From positions 15,128,001 to 15,192,000 of the forward strand of contig OY740802.1 in NCBI GenBank assembly GCA_963514005.1: DNA of 64,000 nucleotides, written 5' to 3'. The notes below the pieces were generated by a model, which worked only from the letters and a program-made list of their open reading frames with translations, did not search any database and was not told the DNA's origin. A program made the position numbers and the translations under genes. Positions 1 through 12,689 of this stretch are shown here, piece by piece. This DNA is from Raja brachyura (Eukaryota). The number at the start of each line of letters is the position of its first letter. The first letter of the stretch is position 1.

Positions 1-2118
1 GAGTATTCATTATCGATTGCAGTGCACTAAGTGGGCTGACTGAAAGGTGTTCAGATGGGTGATCTGTGATGACTGTTAGTCCAGAACATCCGTTGGTTAA
101 TGAAAAATTTGGAGATCCTGCTTCACTCTTTACAGGCTCGTTCTTGAAGATTTGCTTCACTTCTTCAGCTTCTTTCAAACAAGGCGAGTCTGCCTTTGGG
201 AGATCAGTGAGGGTCTCTGACTTTATTGGGTTCTCACTTTCCTTTTTACACGGCAAAAGCAGTGCAGACTGAAGGTTTAACTTTGGGTCCTTTTTCTCGA
301 TATTGCATTCTTCCAGCTTAGATGAAATCTGTTCGTGAACCGGGCTAATTGGTTCCTCCTTGATTTGGTCATTGTTGGACTGAAGCCCTTGGTTTTGGCT
401 GCTTGTAATTACAGAGAAATACCTGACTTTTGGAGCTATAGGTTTCAGGTTTGGCTTAACTTGCAATATCTGAGTACCAAGTTGCACAGGCTTAATGATT
501 CCTGGAAGCTGGTAGGCAGCATGGATGCTGGGATATGCACTCCAGCTTGGACTCCCAGTTTGGGCTTTGTTGATGGCTGAAGCAACAGTGTTTTCAAGTG
601 ACTTGAGAATGTCACCACCTCCCTTTGAGCTCTCCTCCAGATCTTCTTCTCTTATGTATTGATATTGAAGCGTGGAGCCAAACATCTTCTCTGGATTGTC
701 CCCCTTGCAATCGTCTTTGTCTTGAGGTGATTTCTCCACGTTCTCTGTTATCTCTTGCTTTTCTTCACTTTTGTTATCTTCAACCGCGGGTGGAGTTAAG
801 GAATCTGGAGGCAATTTGCTGACTGGTGCCAGAGGCTGGATCTCGTTTGACGGCGCTTCTGTGATGGACTGTGCTTTGTCCATGGCCAAAGGGTCAAAAA
901 CAATCTGCTTTCCCTTTTTCGATGCAGAGTTTGTTACCTTGAGGAAGTGCCCCGTCACCATCATGTGGGCTGTGAGTTGCTGCAGGGTATCATGAGAGCT
1001 TCCGCATTCCATGCACTTCAGAATTTGCGACTTGCAGGCTTCAAATTGCCAGGTGTAGCTGGCACCATTTTGATAACCGTACCGATTGTTAGACGACACG
1101 TAGGGGTTTGAATTCTTGTGTGCTTCGCCTGTGAATGTCCCTGCAACTCCAGTGGTTGAATCTGGTGAACAAGGCTGATTGACTTCATGCTGGGCCCGCT
1201 TTTTAGTGGGAGGGACTAACTTTGATCCGATAGGTGGCATTGGTTCCTTCAGAGGCACTTTCTGGTAATGTTTTGTTTTAATCATGTGAACGCTCAAATC
1301 TTGAAGGGACTCAAAAGAATGACCACAGTACATGCACTTTAACACTTTCTGGGCATCATGCATACCATCCATATCCTGCAACGCTCGTTTCCGTGACTTT
1401 GTCCAACTGGTGTTGTGGTCCAATTTTTTTTTGTGGTTATTGTCTTGGTAATGGCCTGTGTCATTCATGTGCACGGTTAGTTCTACCAAAGTGTCATATG
1501 CTGCACTGCATTCTTTGCAGCGAAACCTACTGGCGCCTGTGAAAACAGTCCCAAACAATTTGTTATTTTGCCTGTACAACTGCACCGAACTGAAAAGATT
1601 TGGTTTCGGCATGGGTCTGCAAGAGGAGGTCTGTTGAAATGTTTTGGATAATGCATCTTGGTGCCAATCAAAGCTACTTTTGGTGCTCTCATTACTGCTT
1701 TTGCAGCTCGTCCTTTCAGCCTTTGACTGTTTGAGGTCAAAGCCTAGACTTGACCAATACGAATCGGAGAGAAAGCTAGCATAAACGGCTCTCATTGCCC
1801 CCAAACTGTTCTGTTGGCCATTCTTCGTCTCTCCATTCGACTGTTCTTCCTTTTCTTGCCCGTCCCGGGAAGAAATACTTTTAAAATCAGCCAACCTATC
1901 ACTGGTATCACTTATGTGCGACTCGCACTCTGCATCTTGGTTGGACATTGCACTAATTGGGGAATTCTGGTAACTGTAGCTGCCTTTGCTGTCTTCCTCT
2001 TCCTCCTCCTCTTCCTCTGTGCACATGTAACCATTGCCTTGTAACTCCTCTGCAGAAGGGCTGCCATCTTCTCCATCTCTCAGTTCTCCCGTCTTTAAGT
2101 CTTCTTCGGGGACATAAA
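1..2118 (-). CDS. TSHZ2: Teashirt zinc finger homeobox 2, large coding exon 2 (5' part, ~706 codons; continues past base 1)
   Basis: Manual minus-strand translation from the acceptor (tttatatttcAG|TTTATGTC, phase 1) gives (V)YVPEEDLK...SYQNSPISAMSNQDAE...AMRAVYASFLSDSYWSSLG...FDWHQDALSK...LFSSVQLYRQ...GASRFRCKECSAAYDTLVELTVHMNDTGH...KVLKCMYCGHSFESLQDLSVHMIKTKHYQKVPLKEP...YGYQNGASYTWQFEACKSQILKCMECGSSHDTLQQLTAHMMVTGH...YIREEDLEESSKGGGDILKSLENTV...SWSAYPSIHAAYQL...SPLSALQSIMNT. The same frame holds to base 1. FDWHQDALSK, ASRFRC, EACKSQ and GGGDILK are TSHZ2-type rather than TSHZ1/3-type. Confidence 0.95.
947..1525 (-). other. TSHZ2: Three Teashirt-type C2H2 zinc fingers within the TSHZ2 exon (ZF1 1451-1525, ZF2 1268-1342, ZF3 947-1021)
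   Basis: CX2CX12HX4H motifs: FRCKECSAAYDTLVELTVHMNDTGH, LKCMYCGHSFESLQDLSVHMIKTKH, LKCMECGSSHDTLQQLTAHMMVTGH. Confidence 0.95.
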
Positions 2119-2140
2119 CTGAAATATAAATTAAGATGGA
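2119..2140 (-). promoter_or_regulatory. 3' splice acceptor of TSHZ2 exon 2
   Basis: Minus strand reads ccatcttaatttatatttcAG directly before the YVPEE codons, the position where vertebrate TSHZ exon 2 begins. Confidence 0.88.
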
Positions 2141-2205
2141 CATTGTAATTGGCAGAAATTGAACCAGAACAGAAATCTGCAACATTGGCACAAAATATGA
2201 CTGAC

Positions 2206-2280
2206 ACCTCCCCCCACCCCCCCCCCGCCCCCCCTCCCCCCACCCCCCCACCTCCCGACCTCTGCCCTCCCCACCCCTTC
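2206..2280 (-). repeat. Poly-G tract array on the TSHZ2 sense strand (G-quadruplex-capable)
   Basis: Plus strand shows at least five C runs of 6 or more (cctcccccccacccccccccc...cccccctccccccaccccccca). Confidence 0.8.
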
Positions 2281-3497
2281 TCTTCCCCAATCATGTTTAA
2301 CCTGATGAGGTTCAATCTCCCGATTTCTGTACAATTACTTTACATGCCCAGTTGTCTTCTCTTTCCGAATGCCTAAAACCGCGCAATGATGGATTTGGTT
2401 GCAAAATGGAAGATGAGACCAATTCAAACATAATCTCATTAAAATAGCGACGCATCCAACATTTTAATTGTGTATTTAAAAGAACGACAAAATACAATAC
2501 TGAAACGGTTTTGTTCGATTGAAGGCAATAAATTATATCACTGCTTACGTTTGGTCAATTCTGTCCTCATTAATAGGAGGGACGTCAATAGGAAAAAAAA
2601 AAATCACTATCATCACCGTGAATCTGCATCAAATATTCTCTGAACAGGTACTGTATAGCTGTGGGCATACTAGTGGTATTGCTGTACAAGTCCAATCATG
2701 TGCTTTAACCTTCGTGTCAGTAGTGATCTTCTGTCTACACTGGTGTGATATGCCTGGTATAATTATGTTTATTATAGATGTTTTTTTATGCTTATGCATA
2801 ACATTACACCTGTTTTTCACACTAGCCATTTCATACTGAGGGATTGTTTCTCTTTTGAATTCCATGAAAGGAATTTATTAAGGCCAGGCAAATCTTGCAG
2901 CTGAGTGCAATTAACTGGGACACACACTAAACTGGAACATTACGGAGCAGCAGTAAGTAAATCAATTTTCTCCAGCCATGTGCACGATCCATCGATTCCA
3001 GTTCATCAACAATGATGATGAATTCCTGTACACAAGGAGCAGCCTTTCAGATGACTGCACTTGATACAAGTATGAAAAGCTTTTCCTTCTGCTATTCAGA
3101 TTGGACATAGTTGTCCACTATGAAATTAGGAACTATCCATCCCAACGTGGGTATAATGAAACAAGAGTGATTTTAACCACTGCACCACACCTGTAATATC
3201 TCTGAACACCTCTCACACAAAACATGGTGGGAAGTAGCAGCTAACTGGAAGTTGGATACATTAAAGATAGAGAAAACTTTCAGTTGTGCACCAAAGAAAT
3301 CCTTGGCCGTGAGGTAAAAGACCAAAGGATAAATGATGAGGATCACGTATGAGGCATTTGGGATTTGAAGAGTAGACCCCAGTGTGGGGAGGAGAGGTCT
3401 AATCTTACCTCTTGGGTCAAAGGAGCAATATTGTATCTCAAACCTATCAAAGGAAATTAGAAAATATAAAACAATACTGGGACTAAACAAAGAGACC

Positions 3498-4770
3498 AGC
3501 CTGAAGAAGGGTCACGACCTGAAGCGTCACCCATTCCTTCCCACCAGAGATGCTGCCTGTCCCGCTGAGTTACTCCAGCATTTTGTGTCTACCAGGGACT
3601 AGACTTAGTGGACATACCTACCAACCCCCACAGTTATCTTGGCTACACCTCCTCCCACCCTGCCTCTTGCAAAGAGGCTATCCCCTACTCTCAATTCCTC
3701 TGTCTCTGCAACAGCTGCTCCCAAGAAGAGGCTTTCCATACAAGAACATCTAAGATTTCCTCATTCTTTAGAAAACCTGGTTTCCCTCCCAGTTGCCACA
3801 GATGGTTCCATCACCCATGTCTCTTCTGTATCCCGGAGTTCTGCACTCACTCCTTCTATCCCCAGAGACAACAAGGACAGAGTTCCTCTGGTCCTCTGAC
3901 ACCCAACCAGCCTCTGCATCCAACATATCATCCTCTGACATTTTCATCATCTCCAACGAGATCCCACCACTAATATCTTCCCAACGCCACCTTGTGTGGA
4001 GACTGCTTCCTCTGCAACTCCTTGGTTCACCCATCCCTTCCCACTCAAACCACCCCCTCCCCAGATATTTTTCCCTGCAACCAGAGGAGATGCAACACCT
4101 GTACTTATACCTCCTCCCTTGACTCCCTTCAGGGGTCCCAGCAGTCCTTCCAGGTGAGACAGAGATACACACACACCTCCTCTAACTTCATCTACTGCAT
4201 TCGGCGTTCCCGATGTGGGTTCCTATACATTGGTGACACCAAGCGTAGACCGTTTTGTTGAACACATGAGTTCGGACCGCCAAGACCTACTGGATCTTCC
4301 AGTTGGTAACCACTTTAACTCCCTTTCCCATTCCCATAATGACCTTTCTGTTCTGGGCCACCTCCATTGCTAGAATGAGGCCACATGCAAATTGGAGGAG
4401 CAGCACCTCATATTTCACTTGGGTAGCCTACACCCTAGCAGCATGAATGTTGGATGTTAATTTTTTTGTAACTTCTATCAACAGCTCCCTCTACACCCTC
4501 CTCCCTCCGGTAAAAGTCTCCCCAGTTTACAACTATGTATCCCGCTTGGGCTCACACTTGTCTCTAGCCCACAATTGGCCTATCAGGCAACCTTCTTGCC
4601 TGAGGTCAACCGGATTTGTCCTATTTTAATCTCTCTTTAAGCCCCCCACCCCCCGCCCATTCTCCTTACTACAATCAGTCTGAAGAAGGATCCTGATCCA
4701 AAATGTCACTTATCCATTTTTTCCAGAGATGGTGCCCGACCCATTGAGTTACTCCCGCATTTGGTGTCCC
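3498..4770 (+). mobile_element. Penelope-like retroelement 3' fragment (RT thumb, GIY-YIG endonuclease, pseudo-LTR with hammerhead motif), decayed
   Basis: Frames give HSYLGYTSSHPASCKEAIPYSQFL..EEAFHTRTS and FPCNQRRCNTC..SSNFIYCIRRSRCGFLYIGDTKR (GIY-YIG), with frameshifts. CTGAAGAAGG... units flank it at 3498 and 4676. Confidence 0.88.
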
Positions 4771-6589
4771 TTTCCCATGTTTTTGTATCCCATTTCCTCT
4801 TCATACCACAACCTCTGTATCTCCATGCCACAAATGGTGTAAACATACACCTTCCCTTTATAACCCATCTCTCATCAAAACCCGACATTTCGCCCATTTA
4901 TGCTTTGAATAACTAAGAACTCCCAGTTTCCAAAATGCTTAAAGGAGCAGATTAAAATCAGAAGCAAGGGGGAGAGACAGCACATCCTGAGAAGCTAAAT
5001 TCCACAACATGTTTTTAAGAAGCTACGTAATATATTTAATTCCAGCTGCATTTGTTTTAACATACCAGAGGTCTCACTGAGTATGATTGCTTTACCAAGA
5101 ACTCTAGAAAGCCTAAAGAACTGCTGGAGCATTTTGATGACCTTATCTCTCTCCTAAATGCTGCTGAGCATGAGTGTGGAGCTGCCTGGACCAACATCAG
5201 AAGATAAAACTTATCCAGACTTTACGCCTGAACTACCTTTGCACTCATAGAAAGAATAACCTGCCTTGAACTGATTGGAAATGTAAATGCAGAGATAAAG
5301 CACAATGTATAAAACATATTCTTCACCACATCTCAGTCCATGTCTTTGACAGATTAATGTCCACAAAATTACTTCCAATACCTCATCGACCTCTATATTG
5401 TTTTTTTACCATTAGCCATCACATTGCCTTGACAAGGGAGGACGATTTGCTCCAGTCAAAACAGTCTGCAGCATTGACATCATCTGTTGTGAAGTGAAGG
5501 AGACTGTGGACCATGAAGAACATTTCTCAATACATTGTTCAGAAGTTATATGCAGTGACTATCAATGGAGTGCCATTTCTTCATGAAGAATAGTAGAGGT
5601 AATGTGAAGGATCATCATCTTTATAATTTCCTCTGTCCCATGCAGTATGAACAGTCTATTGACTCTCAGGAAAGAAAACTGCCTTGAACTAAAGGGATTT
5701 GAATCTCTGAATGGTGGTCTAGTGTTTGTTTGCAAGTCTCCACAGAAAATAGAGTTGGAGAGCACACACATGGATTATATTAAATTCAATTCTTCTGCAT
5801 TTTCAATTACTAAATATTCTGGAAAAACAGTAAAAGGCGATAAATTCAAATTATTTTAGTTCTGAACCATGATTAATTTTCTGGTATAAAAAAGGTAAAT
5901 TCATAATTTAGAGCATAGGGTTTAGAGTCGCCTTTTATTCCATTTCTACTCTGTGTCATTACCCTTTCTCAAAAAACCTGCTGCATCTTTGCTTTCATGT
6001 ATTATTTGCCCAGTAAATGGCAGGGCTTATTAATTTCAGACTAAGTATCATTGAAAATTATTTATTATTGTATCAGTATTAGAGTTACTGTGGTGTACAG
6101 TTCCTAACTAGGAACTGGGTTAACTGAGGGAAATAAGGTGCTTCACATCAATCCATGTAATGATAAATGATTCAGCAGTGCAGAAACACTAAAACGTTAG
6201 CTTGACTTTCAAAATACTTTCTTTACAAAATCATCTGCAAAACTCGATTTGTTTTACTTTAGAACCACAAAGAGGATCATGAAGCTATGGAGAAGATGGT
6301 AAGTTAATTAGCTACTGTAAATTATCCCTAGAGTGCAAGTGAGTTGATGGGAATGTAAGAAGAATTTTTCTTAAAAGCCATTATTGTAGATGGGCGTTTG
6401 ATGGTCAGTGCAGACTTAAAGGGTCGGAAGATTAGTTTTCTTGCTGTATCAATCTATGAATTGCAACTAAGGTTTCAGTTGACAAATCCCTTGACACCAA
6501 AATCAGCATTGAAACATTCAATATTGTGGATGGCCTTTATAGGTACACAAAATCCAACAGTTGCCAGTGTGACACTCAACATTCACAAG

Positions 6590-7420
6590 ATAAGGGTCCT
6601 TTATTAAACTGCCCCTGCTGCAACACATTGCCCGCTGGCAGTAAAGGTTCAAGGCAGGACTTTAGAAAACATGGACCTCTTGCCCTATCTTGGAAACCAC
6701 CTTTCATTGAAGGCCGCCATTGATCATGGACTTTCTCAACCACTTTCAACGTGCCACCTCTGTCTTTCGTTGACTGTGGGAAGAGGTGTTTAAAGATCAA
6801 CATATCAGACGTGGCAGAAAACACATGGTCTACCAGTTAGCAATGATCCCTACCCTCCTATATGCTTCTGGAACTTGGTCTAACAACAGCAGGTTGAAAA
6901 GATACCATGATGTCTCTTTCCACAATATCCTACAAATCCACTGAATGGAGTAGCAACCAATTTCAGTGTCCATTCCTCAGCTGACATTTCAGCTTTGAGA
7001 CCCGACATACAGTTTGCTATGCTATGCTGCCCATGTTGTTCATATGCCCGGCATAGGACACCAAAAACAGATATTCTACCCCAAGCCCTTTCATTGGACT
7101 TTGCAGATAGGCAGAGGAAAAGATAGAAGGCTTGTTGAACTTGATTTTCTTGGCAAATCTCTGCCTCTTGACCACTCAGAGGGAAGAAATGGCATTCACT
7201 GTGGTATTGGGAACTTTGACGCCTTGCATTGGGAGCACACATATGTAAGCAATGGCAAAAGTGGACCATCTCAAAAACCACTTATCCATGTGCCCCAGTC
7301 AAGCATCCCCTGCCCTTGGAAGAACCTGCAGTTCCCACATTGGGTTCATCAGCCATCTCAGAATGCACTAAATCAGAGTGGAAATAAATCTTCCTCAACC
7401 TAAGAGTTTCATTATAAAGG
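6590..7420 (+). mobile_element. Old RTE-clade LINE fragment (RT C-terminus)
   Basis: Degenerate translation VKVQGRTLENMDLLPYLGNHLSLKAAID...KRxFKDQHIR...IPTLLYASGTW resembles RTE ORF ends. Many stops. Confidence 0.7.
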
Positions 7421-7704
7421 AGAAGATAGAGTTTGGACTTAGAGATGGGTTTACAATTGCAAATGGAGAGTGTATCTCCTGTTCCCCAAGTAGTTACTAA
7501 GATTAAATTGCCCTGTAAATAGCTGGTCTGGGATGCCAGTATTCCATGCCACATCGTCCACAGTTCTTAACAGAAATGCCGGAGGTCACAACCAAAAGTT
7601 TAGAAGTAAAGTCCTCTGAAATTGTAGACTGCTGCAGATAAAGCCTCTTGTTTCTAAATTGCACTTTTCGTGCAAGCGGTTCGGGAGATAGAAAAAATCT
7701 TTGT

Positions 7705-7900
7705 GGATTAACCTGCCAATTGCCAACCGGCAAACCTGTATGTCTTGGGAGTGTGGGAAGAAACAGGAGTACCCGGAGAAAACCCACATGATCACAGGGA
7801 GAATGTACAAACTCCGTCCAGACAGCATCTGTATTCAGGATCAAACCTATCTCTCTGGCGCTGTGAAGCAACAACTCTACTGCTGTGCCACTGTGTTGCC
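7705..7900 (-). mobile_element. HE1-type (tRNA-derived V-SINE) 5' part
   Basis: Reverse complement has the GGCACAGCAGTAGAGTTGTTGC head and the V-domain GTGGGTTTTCTCCGGGTACTCCTGTTTCTTCCCACACTCCCAAGAC. Confidence 0.85.
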
Positions 7901-10258
7901 CTATCTCTTCCACCAGGATCTCCATTGTTGCATATGAGAATCTGTGCACTCTCTATGTTGTTACATGAGCTATCCGGCAACGTGCCATTATATACCAGCC
8001 AGTGTAATTCCCATTCTTGGTGGGAGTGGGTGTGTCCACAGATGCTGTTTCACAACCATTCCAACTAATTTGCACACATGCTCGATGTACAGATTAGATT
8101 TATTACCTCAAAAGAAGTTCAAATCATAGCGATCTGTAATTAGGGCCAAATATGTGTCAGGTTTATTTTTAAGTATGACCTCAGTACCTTTGCTCATACT
8201 TTGTATAGAATAAACCGTATAAGATTTTGCTCTATTCATATTTTTGCTAGGTATATTCAAAGGTGTCTAGAGAACAAAACAACCTCTCTTGAATGGGCGA
8301 CATCTTCCCATTGAGTATGCAGCTCTTATAAATGATTCAGGGATTTTAAACAATAAACAAGCACTTCCATTAAAAATATTTTTTAATGAGTAAAACCATT
8401 ATAAAGTTCCTGGATCAGATTAAAATGACCTGCATTTAATACATCAAAAATTAAGCCTACGTAGCATTATCATATAACTCAGCCATCCCTATAAACGTCA
8501 TAGTGTTAGCTATAAATATCAGTGGAGAAGATGGCAGTAAGTCCAAACCAGCTATCATCTTTTTATGTGAATATAAAAATGACATTCTGCAATCAAATTG
8601 AATTTTTTTTTAAATCAAACTGCACCGATTTTATGCAGAATTCATCTTTCTTTTTGAAATATCTCCCAATAGATCCCAAATTAAAACTTGTTGTCGTAAG
8701 ATTTTTTGGGGGTAATTTTTATTCATTTGTCAGGTCAAATCTGATCCTGGCTATAATAGCTCTCTTTAGAGATTTCTTTTCAGTAATTAAAGTACATAAA
8801 AGTTGATCCCCCCAGCCAGGTGTAGTAGAGAGCTCTTTTAAAAACATGTCAATAGAATTCTTCGGGAGTCAAGGAGAAATTAAATTAACTCGTACAAATT
8901 TGACAGCATGTTCTCAATTATGTAGTAGGTCTCGAAAATTAATTACTCCCTTCCAATTTCTTTCTTTGCTTTTAAGCATGAAATGATTTATGGAACTGGA
9001 AGTAATCTATTACAACAGTAACAGCTAAGTTTATATCATACTCAACAGTCTAACAATTACACTGTTGATTCTGCTTGGTATAAACACTACCTGGCACTTT
9101 ACGAACAATACCAATGCATTTATATGTGGATTGATTCAATCCAATGAACCAGGAGTCGGGATTAAGCCATTATAATCATTCCTTCCACCACCAGCCCACC
9201 TCAGCTGCTGCGCATATCAATCAAAGTGGAGACCCATTTGGGTATCCATGCTCACTCATGTTCTGCTATCAGTTCCATCGAGTGTTCAAAGTGATTTCCC
9301 CACTGGTTTCAGCTACAATGCATCTCCCCTTCAAGGAGTGGGTTGGCTTTAATCAGTGCTGAAATTGATGCCAGCCAATGATGGGATTAAGCTCTGCGGT
9401 TAGGTCATCAGGAAATCAATACCATGAAGAATGCTCATGGCTGCAGGAATCACAACACTGCATTAACAGGGCGCCGGGCAAAACACGTAAAACTACCCCA
9501 GTCCAATTTTGACCCCAGTAAAATACCAAAATAAGATTAGTTAAAATATAAGATTGCATAGTGCAGGTTAATTTCCCAGCAGAGATAACTTTGCTTCATC
9601 ATTTTCTATTCACACAAGAGTCATTTTTACATTACGATCATTAATAAAGCTTTTCAAACATTAGTTTATTACTGCAATTGCATTTAATTACATTACAATG
9701 AATACTTAAAAGTAAACCCTAACCTCGTGCAATATGCACTTCAACCATGTAAGCGTACAAAAGACCTGCAACCTGCATGCCTTCCTAGTCATTCGTTTTA
9801 CCTCCTTTCCTTTTCCCAAACAAAAGGTATGTTTAAAATCTCTCTTGCATGTTGTGCTGTTTCGCAGCTTTCTTTCTCATTTTGGGGATTAGAATAAATG
9901 TAAGAAACATGGAGTTTCCATGTCAGCACAGTACATGTGGATAGGGTTGTCAGACATCTCACAATCACCCCTGTATTGTCCAGGGCTGTTTTTTTCATCA
10001 AGTAGGGACAGCGTAATAGTTACATTCCTGTATATTTTAGAGTTTATTTAATCTACAATTAGGGTTTGAATCTTTTTTGATTTGCTGATGGTAATAACTG
10101 AAAAATATTCCAGTAGATCTTCTTAGAAAATATATTATTTAACATTGATAAAACCCTGAGCTGGCAAAATGTTTCGCTGTGTTAACTAAAGCACTGTTTC
10201 AGGAGTGCTTAAAATGCATTAACCACTGACCAGTCACATATGTAGTGGACAAGTATGA

Positions 10259-10392
10259 GGGAATTGCAGATGCTGGTTTAAACCAGAGACAGACACAAAA
10301 TGCTGTAGTAACTCTGAAGAAGGGGCTCCACCCTGAAATGTCACCCATTCCTCCTGTCCCGCTGAGTTACTCCAGCATTTTGTGTCTGTCTT
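10259..10392. repeat. Penelope-derived hammerhead unit, inverted pair
   Basis: gacacaaaatgctgtagtaactc followed by CTGAAGAAGGGGCTCCACCCTGAAATGTCACC...gagttactccagcattttgtgtc. Confidence 0.8.
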
Positions 10393-11867
10393 TGTAGCAG
10401 ACTTGGCAGTCAAGTGACTGGGAACTTTGGATGGGCAGCTGGTATACATTATGTGTTCATTTCCAATTAAGTTGTAGTTCATTAAAGAAATACAATTTTG
10501 CTTTTGCCTGTAGCTTGTTCTAGCAACATTATAATGATGATATAACACCCCCTAACTGAACCAAAATAAGTGAAAAATTCAAGACTTGTCCAGTCTATTC
10601 AGCAGAAATTGAAATGGCAATATCAACAGCCAAAAGCTTAAAACCTTTCTAAACAATTCTGAGTCCATCTTTTAAATGGGGGGATTATATATCTAAAATT
10701 TAATGCATGTACTTAATGAGGAAATGGGAGAGGGAGCACCTGACCAAATCCTGTTCCAAATATTTTTCTAAGGGTTGGCTTTATTCTCATTTCTCCTTTT
10801 TGCAGTTACTGTGCACATTAGGATATCTTTTGACATTGTTCATGTTTCTTTATGGAAGCAAGTTATTGAATAATCATTATTCAATTACAACCCTTATTTC
10901 CATGAAGGCCCACGGATGACACGTACATTCTACAGTTATATTTTTGCTGTGCTGTGCTCGAGTGGATTTTCAATGAACCCTTTCTGATCCATTGAACTTG
11001 GTCACAGTGAAGGGGTGAGCCACATTTCTACAAATCCTGAACACGTACCTTTACATGGATATTGAAAAAAAGCCAGATAGTACTTTGTAGGAATTTGTGA
11101 TAAGCTTTGAACATGTGAAATTGTGATTGGGCCATGAAATATATATACGCCTCACATCAAAAGCATAGGACTTGACTGGTTTGACAGAATGATAAAACTC
11201 TCAGAGACATAACCTGCTGGCCTCACGTTCTAGAGTTTTTTTTCACTTTTTATCAATAGGTTATATAGATATAAAGTTGAACCATTGCAGACTGCTGAGG
11301 AAGAGGTATTAAATGACCAGTAGTCAATATTAAACATTAACACATATTGAAATTGATGCCATACTTAGTGGCAACCTACATAAGTGCTAAGTCCTTTATT
11401 GCAGTTAATAACCTGGAAGGACACCAGAGAATGCAGCAAGTTATACAATTCATCAGAACAATCACAAAATAAGTACAAATTTTGCAGAAATGTTATTCTC
11501 AAAATCTATCCCTGCATACTTGAAATTCACTGACATAGGACGTTAGAAGTGAATGGAATTAATCTCTGCTATCTCAAATGCACAAACAATTTTGTTTCTC
11601 TGAAATATTTCTTCTTTGTATTAGTAGTTATCTTCCATTTTGAGTAAGGCAGTGGAAAGCTGTAATAGGTTTCATTATAATGAAAACAATTCTATTTTTC
11701 TTGACTTCCACTTGCCACATACAGTAGCTGAAAGATATAGAGGAGAATAAATGTGTAAGCCCACTGCATCCAAAGGTACTCCATGCCAAGAATATCAGAA
11801 ATGTAATATTTATTTTGATATTACTAATAGTGACAAATGACTCAAAACGTACAGAACCCTGAAAGGG

Positions 11868-12020
11868 GACAAGCAGCATCTCTGTAGAAAATGAATAGGT
11901 GACGTTTCGGGTTGAGACCGTTTATCAGTCTGATCCAGAGATGCTGCCTGACCCGTTGAGCTACTCCAGCATTTTGGGTCCATCTTCAGTGTAAACCAGC
12001 ATCTGCAGTTATTTCTTGCA
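11868..12020. repeat. Penelope-derived hammerhead unit, inverted pair
   Basis: gcagcatctc...ggtgacgtttcgggttgagacc...tcagtctga then ccagagatgctgcctgacccgttgagctactccagcatttt. Confidence 0.8.
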
Positions 12021-12024
12021 CAAA

Positions 12025-12350
12025 ATCCTGAAGGGTGTTGTCAGGGTGGATGTGGATGAATTGCTTCCTCTTGTAGAACTAGGTGTCACTATTTAAAAAT
12101 AAGGTCACTCGTTTAAAATCGCAATGAGTTGCTTTATTTTCACTCAGGACAATGAGACTCTTTGGAATTCTCATCCTCAAAGCGGGTGAATATTTATAAG
12201 GTAGTTGTAGAAGGATAATTGTTAAGCAAAAGGGTGAAAGGCAGTAGGTAGCAATGCGGGTATGAGGTTAAAATCAGATCAGCTACAATTTTATTGAATA
12301 ACTGAGTAGGCATGAGGGACAGAATGTCTGACACCTGTTTCTAATTTTAT
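12025..12350 (+). mobile_element. Old CR1 LINE 3' end
   Basis: Degenerate match to the younger CR1 3' ends in this window (aaaatcctgaagggt..., tttggaattctc..., agatcagctacaattttattgaat). Confidence 0.6.
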
Positions 12351-12689
12351 GTTGATAGATTTCATTTTGCATCTTTAGTGATATGTTAAATTATTAAGAG
12401 CAAAAATAGATTCTTGGTTTTTGGCTGCTCACATATAAAAAGGCTGGGGTATAACATAGACAATATATATAAATATACTAAAGACTCAGTTTTGTTTTGT
12501 ATTTATTTATGCAATGTAAGCATTACTGTAAGGGCCAGCAGTTATTGCCAAACCTGATTTCTCTAAGCCACCATAGACTTTCAGGTGCATGTGGCCGTAG
12601 ATACGGCAGGGTCACTCATAGCACAATACATGGCCTCTGAGCTGGTTTTATAGTCAAAGTATCCACAAAGATGGTCCTAGTTGATGATG

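Noticed and set aside
1424-1802. Possible frameshifts in TSHZ2 at the T9 (1424-1432) and C5 (1798-1802) homopolymers
   Set aside because: Recounting gives KKK and LGAM in frame, and the frame is the same from 2116 to base 1.
66-2376. Short ORFs listed over the TSHZ2 exon and the poly-C tract (for example 1953..2315 minus, 2149..2376 plus)
   Set aside because: These are antisense or off-frame shadows. The poly-Gly and poly-Pro come from the simple repeat.
5085-5210. Protein-like short frame DCFTKNSRKPKELLEHFDDLISLLNAAEHECGAAWTNIRR
   Set aside because: Only ~40 codons, with no recognised homology and no convincing splice signals.
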